Below are positions 54,092 to 64,000 of a DNA stretch of 64,000 nt, one piece after another. This DNA is from Octopus vulgaris. Its lineage: Eukaryota. The DNA lies in the NCBI GenBank assembly GCA_951406725.2, contig OX597824.1, positions 70,184,001 through 70,248,000 of the forward strand, read 5' to 3'. A program made the translations under genes and the position numbers. The notes beneath the pieces were generated by a model. The model made no database searches, was not told the origin of the DNA, and saw nothing but the letters and a program-made list of their open reading frames with translations. Positions within the stretch are counted from its first letter, which is position 1, and every line of letters begins with the position of its first letter.

Positions 54092-54158
54092 TCTGCAGCA
54101 GAGATCTTCTATGCAGCGGAGATCTTCTGTGCAGCGGAGATCTTCAATGCAGCGGATA
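54092..54158. repeat. 18-bp minisatellite, ~3.5 copies (tgcagcggagatcttcta)
   Basis: Direct read. Confidence 0.85.
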
Positions 54159-57100
54159 TCATTAATCCCACTAAAACTGACATTAGTCAGAACGGATGGG
54201 GAAAAAAAAATAATGGAGATGGAGGGGGAGGAAAAGAGACATAGAGAGAGAGAGTGAAAGTTTTCTGAGGTGGGAAGCGATAGGATGAAGTCTATGGGTG
54301 GGTGGGTGGGTGTAGATGACGGGCCATGGTTTTAAAGAAGGGGATGGGCAAAAGGAGAGGAGGGGATGAGGTGGCCGGTGATGAGGGTCAAGAAAGAGAT
54401 CATCAGGTTACACTCATACCAACTAATAATAATAGTAACAACGATTGATGATGGCAGTGACGATGATGATAATGATGATAATGATGATGATGATGATGAT
54501 GATGATGGTCGTTTCTACAACTACTACAACTAATAATAACAGTAATGATAATAATAAAAATGAAACTATTAATGCTAATACGAATAATAATGACAACGTT
54601 AATAATTAGGGGATGATGACGCTGGTTAGGAAGATGCTGATGATGATGATGAGGACAATGATGATGATGATGACAATGATAATGATGATGATGATGATGA
54701 TGATGATGATAAATGGAAGTGCGGAACTATGTGCCATTAATTGCTGGCCATTAAGAGGACAGACGCAAATTGCACATTGCCCTCTTTGATATTAGTCCGT
54801 CGTATTTTTCTTTGGGCATCATCTTCTTTATGTGTGCCTTCATATTTTTTGTTGTTTTTTTTTTGTTTTTATTAATTTGTCTTTTTTTTTATATATTTCT
54901 CCACCTCTTCTTCTTCCTCCTCCTCCTCCTGCTTCATTCTTTTCTCCCATATTCCTTCTTCTCCATCCCTCATTTCCATTCAGTTTTTTTTTCCCCCTTG
55001 CTTTCTGCTCCTCTTTAGCTATTCATCATCATAATTTTTAGCTTTTTCTTCTTCAATTTCTTCCTTGTCTTTTCATTCATCTTGTGTGTGTGTGTGAGGG
55101 GGGATCCAATGTGTGTGTGCATACATTTATGCGTGTGTGTATATATATGCACATATATTGTATGTATGTATACAAATACAATATACATACAATATATATT
55201 ATGTGTGTGTGTGTGTGTGTGTACATATATATGCACATATATAAATATATATGCATTCACATGCACACATACTGTATAGATATACATATATAGTCTTTCT
55301 CATCATCATCACAATCATCATATTCCTTCTCATTGTCTTTCTCCTGCTCCTCCTCTTCTATATCATCATCATTACCATCATCATCATCGCCGACATCACT
55401 GCCGTAAGCTCAAGCGCTGCCGCCACCACCACCACCACCACCACCACCACCACCACCACAACCACTACCCATTTCAAACTCATGCATGAAAGGGTGGGGG
55501 CTAGGATGTCCATGCTGTAAAGTGGGGGGAGTGGGAGTGATGGGGCGGGGGAATGAAAGTGGAGGCTATCATACATTATCTGGTAGTTTTCTCGTTTTTC
55601 TTTCAATTGTTTGAAGTTGTTTTTGTTGTTGGTGTCGATGTTGTTGTGAGTTATTTTTACACTGAAAATACTCATGTTTTCTTTCTTTCTTTCTTTTTCT
55701 CTCTCTCTCACCACATTATACAATTTTACCACCCACCACCGCCTCCACTGCCCACCTCCACCTACCAAACTTAAATGTTCTCACATACATGCATACATAC
55801 ATAAACACACACACACACACATACATAAATACATACACACATACATATATATACACACATACATACACACAAACATGATATGTATGTGCATTCATAAATA
55901 CATATATACATGCATACATACACAAGCATACATACACATACATGCATGCATACATATATACATACACATATACACATACAAACAGCATAAATACATATAT
56001 ATATGCATGCATATATACACACATGCTTAGATATACAAACATATTCACATGGATACACATACTTATGCATATACACACACACATATACATACCCATACAT
56101 TCATACATACAAACATACACAAACAACACAATTCACCTCAGCCTACCACCACCACCACCGCCACCACTGCCACTGCCACCACTACCACCACCACTAGCTC
56201 CAACAGCAGCATCACCATCATCACAGGCACTGCCATCTCCAAAACCACTACCACAACCACCACCACCACCATCACCACCACCATCATCATCCTCATCAGT
56301 GTCATCAATGAGTCTATCAAATAACCTCAATGTAATTGCTACCTCTGCTAAAAATAGTAGCCAAATTTCACCCAAAATCAAACTCTGCTGGTCTTGAAAA
56401 GTGTAACAATGGACAGTGTTGCCTTGCGGCTCCCTCTACGTAGGAAGAAATTCCCGATGGGTTGGTCATGGCTGGAATGTTTTTCTTTGATCCCATAATT
56501 TTGCTTGATTGGTGGAGATGGGGGCTAACTTGCGGTCCAACAACATCAACACTCGTCAAAATCATCATCATCACTATAACCACCAACATCACCACCACCA
56601 TCATCACAACCACAGTATCATAACCTTGCTCCCATCATCATCATCAGGAGCACCACCACCACTACCACCTCTACCATCGTCATCACTATCAACACTATCA
56701 CCACCACCATCCTCATCATCACTGTTATCATCATCAGCATCATCATCGTGTACACCATCATCACAACTCCTTTCTTCTTTTTCACAGCACCATTAAATAA
56801 AACAACCGCGACTGTGTTACCTCCATGCATGCCTCTACCCCACCCCACCCTCATTCTCTCACTGCACCTCCACACACCCTCAAGTAGGGAACAGCGGGGG
56901 AGTGAGTAGGGAGTGGCAGTGACAGACCTGCTTAATAAGGGTCTGATTGCTGGATCCACCACCACTGCCACTACCAGCTCTTCCTTGCATGCCACCATCT
57001 ACAAACAAATCCCCACCATTAGATCAGGTAGGGGAGGAGGGGATGCAAGGGCAGGGTAGAGGCGAGGAGCAAAGTGAAAGTGAGACATTGTCAAACCATT

Positions 57101-57544
57101 CCACCACCCACACCAGCTCCACTGCCACTCTATGTCCTTCTTTCATTCATAAGATTTACAACAGTGCAAATTAGGTAGAAAGGGAGGGGGGGGCAAGAAA
57201 TTGAGAGGAGAAGAAAAGAGAGTGAGAGAGAGGATGAGAGAAAGGGGGAGAGAGAGAAAACGTCAGGAGAGGGAGGGAAGGGAGAGATACTCAATCAGAG
57301 ACATTGTTATGCAGTGTGTGGCAGTTTGTCGAGTTTGTCGTAGTATAGTACAGTGCATTATGAGGTAGCATAGCGGTGCGTAGCGTTGTTTAACCCTCCA
57401 GGACAATCCTGGATTAAACAGACCTGAGATCAAATGCATTCCAACCGTGACCATCCCATCTTTAGGCACAGGCCATACCAGAACCATATTATCTGGCACT
57501 CAAACAGTTATGATGACAAGGGTTTCAACCATCTGAACAGCCAC

Positions 57545-57757
57545 AAAGGGCTAAACACAGAGAGGATAAACAAGGAGAGACAAACGGATTGAGTCGATTA
57601 TATCGACCTCAGTGCGTAACTGGTACTTAATTTATCGACCTCAAAAGGATGAAAAGCAAAGTCGACCTCGGTGGAATTTGAACTCAGAATGTAACGGCAG
57701 ACGAAATACGGCTACACATTTCGCCCAGCATGCTAACATTTCTGCCAGCTCGCCGCC
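57545..57757 (-). mobile_element. SINE family A
   Basis: Reverse complement of head, core and tail. Confidence 0.85.
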
Positions 57758-58657
57758 ATTGAATAACCTGCTCGTGAAATTAACATCCAAGTGGCTGAGT
57801 ACTCCACAGACATGCATACTCTTAATGTATCCTTTTTTGTTTGTTTTCCGATCTCATTTCTCAGTTCTCTCTGTCCACCTTTCTCGCTCTCTTTCTCTTA
57901 CAACTGATAACTCATGTACACATACACACATATAAACATACTCAAACAGCTACATATACACATGCACACGCATAAACAGTTTGCGGAGAGCTCACTTTTG
58001 CTGAGTGAACTGAAGCAACATGAAATAAAAAGTCTTATTGAAGGACACAGCGCGTTGCCAAGAATTGAACTCACGACCTTACGATCATGAGCCAAATGCC
58101 TCTAACCACCAAGCCATGTGCCTTTACTACCATATTATCTATCATGTCCTTTTTAAGATAACTGGTGAAGTAGGATTTTGCAGGAGATTTTGCCTGTTAT
58201 TTCTAGCAGATTGGGCAACCATGAAAGAGTACCCTCTTTAGAAAACAATTCCAGTTGTAATATGTATAGGCAGTAGTACTGGCGTGGTGTTGCACAGCAT
58301 TCTGCAGTATAATGTGCAGTGAAGGATATAGTGCATTGCTATCATTGCTGTTGTTGTTTAACCCTGGGTAAGCTCTGAATGAGCAGAGTTATATATAATC
58401 AACCATTCCAGGAAAGCTTGGGATGTGTTTGAGGACAGATGAGTGAATTAGATTTTGCTCAAAAGGGTACAGAACCAGCATGATGCAGCAGTGGTAAATC
58501 AACATATGCTGTTGGGCCCCACTGCTGATATCGGGGGTTGCATTCTGATTATAAACCTTAACCCGGATATTTGAGCTGGGAAATGAATGGAATGCCTGAT
58601 GTGTGTCTTATTGTGGCTACCCACTCCTAAAAAAATGGAGAATAAGCCTGGGTATAT

Positions 58658-58987
58658 GCCGAGACCCCCTTCGGTTATGACTGACCATGGGATTGCACCT
58701 AGAAAGTTACCCTCCCAGGCATAAGTCCAGGCAAGGTTGTTTACGGAAGACCAGCATACCGGCCTCCCCTCTCCATGCCACCAGTGTTATCCAAGGAAAA
58801 GGCAAAGGTCAATACAGCTTGGCACCTGTGACATCACAACTCATCTCTACAGCTGAGTGAACTGGAGCAACATGAAGTAAAGTGTCTTGCTCAAGAACAC
58901 AACACGCAGCCCGGTCCGGGATTCGAACTCACAACCTCATGATCATAAGCTCGATGCTGTAACCACTGAGCCATGCACTTTCACAAG
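58658..58987 (-). mobile_element. Full-length SINE family D
   Basis: Reverse complement of 10002-10331. Target-site duplication gcctgggtatat at 58646-58657 and 58988-58999. Confidence 0.9.
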
Positions 58988-61254
58988 GCCTGGGTATATA
59001 TATATATACACAATTATATTATATAATGAATGTATCCTGCTATCTGTTTTTTAAAAATATTTTTTGTCCTTTTTTTTTTTTGCTTTCTTGTAAGATGTCA
59101 GTCTACAGGCTGTTTTGGTTAAGAAGTTTGCTTTACAACCCTGTGGGTTCAGGTTCAAACCTACTGCATGGCACCTACTATAGCATCAGACCAGTCAATG
59201 ACGTGTAACTATTTGAATATGTAGTGTTTGAGCTTAAAATTGCATGCTTGAGTTTGGAAGTTTGTATGAATGTGTATGTGTGACTTTGAAAACGTGTATG
59301 TGTGTATGAGTTTGTGTGTGCACGTGTGTGTATGTATGTGTGTTTGTCTTGTGTAAAGGAAAATCTGTTGAGGTCTGTCTGTATACATGTATGTATGTGT
59401 GTGTGTATGTATGTATGTATGCATGCATGCATGCATGTATATATGTGCATATGTGAATATTTGCATATGTGTGCATGTGTGTGTATGTGTGTGATTGCAT
59501 GTACATGTGTATCTGTATGCTTGTATATATCTATGTATGTACATGTGTGTGTGTGTTCATATTGTGTGAATGAGAACCTATTCTTCTCTGTATATGCGTG
59601 TGCATGTGTGTATTTAGCTGAGTATATTCATGTTTGTGTATGTGTACATGAGTTATCAGTTGTAAGAGAAACAGAGAGACGGGGGGGGGGGGGGGGAAGA
59701 GAACTGAGAGATGAGATTGGAAAACAAACAAAAAGGGATGAGACTAAAAGTGAAAATTAACAAGAGAAAGAGCCAAAAGAGCCAAATGGAGAGAAGGGTA
59801 ATGGTGGGGAGGGTGAAGAAGAACAGGCTAAGAGGAGAGTGGGGGAACAGGCTAAAAGGAGGGTGGTGGACGGGCACAGTTTATCAAGTTCAAAGAAAAA
59901 AAACACCTCTGACCATCAACACAAAGACACCACTTTCATAGACACCACCTTGAACATGATCTCATTAGATGCCTAGACCACCACCACCACAACCAACTGC
60001 ATTATCACCACCACCATCATCAACAGCATCATCACCATCAATAGACACCATTGCTGGAGCATTAACATACATCACTGATGATTACTCCTGCCTGTTAACA
60101 TCACCATCCCCACTACCACCAGCCAGTAGTATCATAACACTACATTAGCAGCACCACCACTATCACTTCCACCATTATCACAACCACCAACACCACTACC
60201 ATCAACACTATTACCACTACTACTACAACCAACACCATCACGACCACCACTACAATTATAATTACCACCCCCTCCCATCACTAGCATCAGCCACTACTGC
60301 TTCCACTGCTGCCTGTGGTTCCAGCCAATACCACCGTTGCCTCCACCACCACTAGCACCACTGCCACCACCACCACCACTATTAACACTGGCCATTATTG
60401 CACTACAACAACACTGCAGCCACCACTAATCAAACACACAAACACAAACAAAATACCACTAACACGTTCAACAACAAATATCACCACCACAACTACAACA
60501 CCAGAAACACCACCAACACCACCACCACCACTATCACACAACATTATTACACACTACCACATACCACCACCACCAACAACAACAACAACTACCACTAATC
60601 AAATGCCACTATTGCGGTGAAACATCACCGCCACTGAAATCCACCACCACCATTACTACCACCACTACCACCATCCAGATGCCACTATTGCTAATAAAAG
60701 ACCACCATCACCACCACCACCACCACCACCACCAACCACCACCACCGTCTTAAACCACTAGTATAGCTATTAACAAAGACCACCACCGTCACCACCACAA
60801 CCATCAGCACACCGGCAAACACCACCACCACCACCATGACCGCCGCCGCCGCCAATTATCAAACAATACCACAATCATGAAAAACTGTACTAATTGCACA
60901 TTAGATTCCCTAAATGGTGCGATTTTTGCCATGTCCCCTTTGCATTTTTTCCCCACTTCTCATAAAAATGACATTAGCAACAACAATAGCAACAACAGCA
61001 GTGGTAGTGACAACAGCAGCAGCAGCTGTAACCACACAGCAAAACAGCACTAGCAACAACGACGACAGCAATCGCAACAACAGCAGCAGCAGTAGCAACA
61101 TCAACAGAGGCAACTGCAACATAGCATTAGCAACAACAACAAGAGTCGTAGCAACACCAGCAATGGTTACTCTAAGATCCAAAGGCATGAAGAATAAAAG
61201 AGAGCAATTATACTTTAAGGGCCAATGAATGACTGAGGGAGCTAGGGGCCAATG

Positions 61255-61655
61255 AGTGAATGAGAAAACCCTCTATGTGGCCACCCAATGCACTAGAAAC
61301 AGCAATTAAGTCTTCCTCAGATCACACCTTCCAATCTTGAATGACTGAACTAGAGTTTCTATGTGGCCACCCAATGCACTAGAAACAGAAGTCAAATCTT
61401 CCTCACATTACACCTTCCCATCATGAACGACTGAACAAGAGTCTCTATGTGGCCAACCAATGCGCTAGAAACAGCAGTCAAATCTTCCTCAAATCACACC
61501 TTCCCATCATGAATGAATAAATGAGGGAGTCTGTATGTGGCCACCCAATGCATTAGAAACAGCAATCAAGTCTTCCTCAAATGACACCTTTCCATCGTGA
61601 ATGATTGAAGAAGAGAGTCTCTATGTGGCCACCCAATTCGCTAGAAACAGCAGTC
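61255..61655 (+). repeat. Tandem array of 86-88 bp units, ~4.5 copies
   Basis: atgtggcca.ccaat...ctagaaacag begins at 61275, 61361, 61447, 61535 and 61623. Confidence 0.92.
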
Positions 61656-61923
61656 ACATCAAAATGTTGTCACACATTTTAATTGACAAACAGGCATGGA
61701 TTGCAGTGTCATTGAGAAGTTTCTTTCGTAGCTGACCACATGGGTTAGAGTTTAGCCCCATCCAAACTAGGCTACAAGTCAATGAAGGAGCTTCTAGATG
61801 GTCTATAGGGCTGTTAGAAATAACAGACAAATCTCTTTCAAAGGATACTATTGCTTTTATGTTTTAAAAGAAAGAAGGACACATGACAGATGATGTAATC
61901 CAGAATATACTATTTCCGAAAAA

Positions 61924-62200
61924 TAGGTGCTGGCTTGGTTGTGTGGTAAGAAGTTAGCTTCCTAACCATTTGGTTCAAGGTTCAGTCCCATGGCACGGCA
62001 CTTTGGACAGGTGCTTTTTACTATAGCCTTGGGCTGGCCAGTCTTGAAAGTGGCAGTAGACAAAAACTGAAAAAAAGCTCATCATTTGCATGTGTGTGTT
62101 TGTCCCCCATCACATCTTGACAATGGGTGTTGGTTTATTTACATCCTTGTAACTTAACAGTTCAGCAAAAGAAGCCAATAGAATACCAGGTTTTTAAAAA
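61924..62200 (+). mobile_element. SINE family B, strongly CpG-decayed
   Basis: Colinear with 9431-9900. Confidence 0.75.
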
Positions 62201-62235
62201 AGCACTGGAGGAGGGGAGGGTGATAAAACAGCATT

Positions 62236-62460
62236 GGAGGAGGAGGAGAAGGAGGAGGAGGAAGAAGAAGAGGAGGGGGAAGAAGTGTAGGAGGAGGAAG
62301 AAGAAGAAAAAGAAGAACAAGAAGAAGCAGAGGCGAAGGGGGGAGGAGGAGGAGGAGGAGGAGGAGGAGAAGAAGAAGAAGAAGAAGAAGAAGAAGAAGA
62401 AGAAGAAGAAGAAGAAGAAGAAGAAGAAGAAGAAGAAGAAGAAGAAGAAGAAAAGAAGAA
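62236..62460. repeat. (GGA)n/(GAA)n polypurine tract
   Basis: Direct read. Confidence 0.95.
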
Positions 62461-63055
62461 AGGAGCAGAAGACAAGGCCATGTAGGACAAGAACAACTAC
62501 AAGACATGAAGATTCTGCCAGCACAGACAGACAGACAGAAAGGTTCTCCTGTCATTCCATTTTCTTTCTTCATTGCCCCACCCTTACTCTCTCTCTCTCT
62601 CTCTCTCTCCCCTCCACCTCTCCTGGCTCCTTCCCTCTCCCTCTGTTGTGGTGTAATTATTATAGTTTATCTTTATTTCTCCATTGATGAGAGGGGTCAA
62701 CAGTTTGACCTGTCTCCTTTCTTCCCATGATGAAACAATTAGAACACACACACACACACACACAAAGTAAGCTAGCTAAAGATACAAATCACCAGCAGGA
62801 TGGGGTGAGGGGGGGAGCATGTCAGCTCAATTTTTGCTTTTCATCTCTTCACATCCATCCTTTATATCTTTTGTTTTATATATATATATGTGTGTATGCA
62901 TGTATATATATATATTATAAATACAAATTTTGCCAATGCAAATGACTACCAATCCCACTGGATTCTGTTTTATGTGATATATATATATATATACATACAC
63001 ACACACACACATATATATATATACATATATACATTTACATATTTCTATCTATCTG

Positions 63056-63109
<54 letters not shown>

Positions 63110-63158
63110 TATATATATATACACACATTTATACATACACACATATATACATACATGC

Positions 63159-63191
<33 letters not shown>

Positions 63192-63707
63192 AACATATAC
63201 ACATACAAATACATGCATACATACATACACATATACTTCGTTAAAGACATAACCGTCAACTGTCTGTACTGGAGTTTTAATTTTTTTTTTCTCATCTTAG
63301 ATTTTTCATATTTATCATTTTTTTTGTTTTTCTTTACAAGTTTGGAACATTAAACTTTTTACCTCCAAAATCCATATTCAATGTTTCCAGACATTCACAC
63401 ACTGATTTTTAAGAATTGAAATAGATTTAGCATCTGTATTGTTTCTTATATATTCTTTGAATTCACAGAGACTATTCTGATATTCTGAGACTATTCTGTG
63501 TCTATTCTAATAAGGGCATTCTTTTTTTTTTTTTCCCCATTTCACCACTAGGCTTCTAACTCAGCAGCCATGCATTGTTTTGCTTTGATGTGGTCAAATA
63601 GTTGACCATCAGGTTTGAATGCTAGTCAGCATGTGTTAACCTTTTTAGAGAGCATGTTGTGTCTGTGGTACAGTGAATGATCTTACCATCAGCATGTAGC
63701 TATAGGC

Positions 63708-64000
63708 CAGTGGGTCTCAACTAGGGTCCATATCAGATTTTTGAGGTTCCACATAACAAAAGGGTAAATTGGGGAACCAACAGAACTTTAAGGGGCCCTG
63801 AAAAAATTTTGCTTTAGATGTCTGTAGTGGAACATATTGCAAGAAACAGCTAGGATTCTTTCTCTAACATTTTACATAGTTCAACCTACACAAGTTAATG
63901 TGTGGAAAACAAAATAGGAATTTTCAAAGAAACTTCTATAAAACTTGTTTTTAAACATCAAATGGTTACAGGGATCAACCAGGATAAAATAGTAATCAAA
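63708..64000. mobile_element. hAT/Charlie-like non-autonomous element, cut by window end
   Basis: Starts CAGTGGGTCTCAAC, which resembles hAT-Charlie termini, with internal gggtcc/ggggccc motifs. Confidence 0.45.

Larger units (their letters stand above)
52772..64000 (-). other. pros: Last coding intron of prospero (at least 11.2 kb, continues beyond window)
   Basis: Lies upstream of the acceptor. I found no homeodomain/Prospero-domain exon (FSNFREF..., HYN...) in 52772-64000. Confidence 0.8.

Noticed and set aside
56315-56370. Possible upstream prospero exon ending ...NYIE|gt on the minus strand
   Set aside because: The upstream translation does not match the Prospero domain, the donor is poor, and the region overlaps a dispersed repeat motif.
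61255-61655. CRISPR-like appearance of regularly spaced repeats
   Set aside because: The apparent spacers are homologous to each other, the context is eukaryotic and there are no cas genes. It is a tandem repeat.

Overview
Eukaryotic, AT-rich DNA saturated with microsatellites. The tRNA-derived SINE families and repeat style point to a coleoid cephalopod, most likely Octopus (inference from family recognition). I found one clear host coding segment, which the ORF track misses: the terminal coding exon of a prospero/PROX homeobox gene on the minus strand (52586-52771, VPENFRIVV...[14 protein letters not shown]...FKSPNW). Its upstream intron runs off the right end of the window. Nearly all listed ORFs are microsatellite artefacts. 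The rest is SINEs, LINE fragments (CR1/L2, RTE, R4/Dong-like, Penelope-like), a deleted mariner, a Helitron, a Helentron-type element and several foldback MITEs. Best leads: (1) a dispersed set of type I hammerhead-ribozyme-like motifs in microsatellite-embedded Penelope-like modules, including one with a canonical core and an unusually large branched domain II (32701-32790, minus); (2) a CpG-depleted, partly SINE-free ~15 kb domain downstream of the prospero stop that is either a very long 3' UTR or a convergent plus-strand transcript, carrying a pre-miRNA-sized hairpin (50309-50367) and a 100-nt stem (39003-39102); (3) short unique motif-rich islands between microsatellites, including a double CRE. 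All structure calls were made by eye and no database search was run. Repeat boundaries are approximate.
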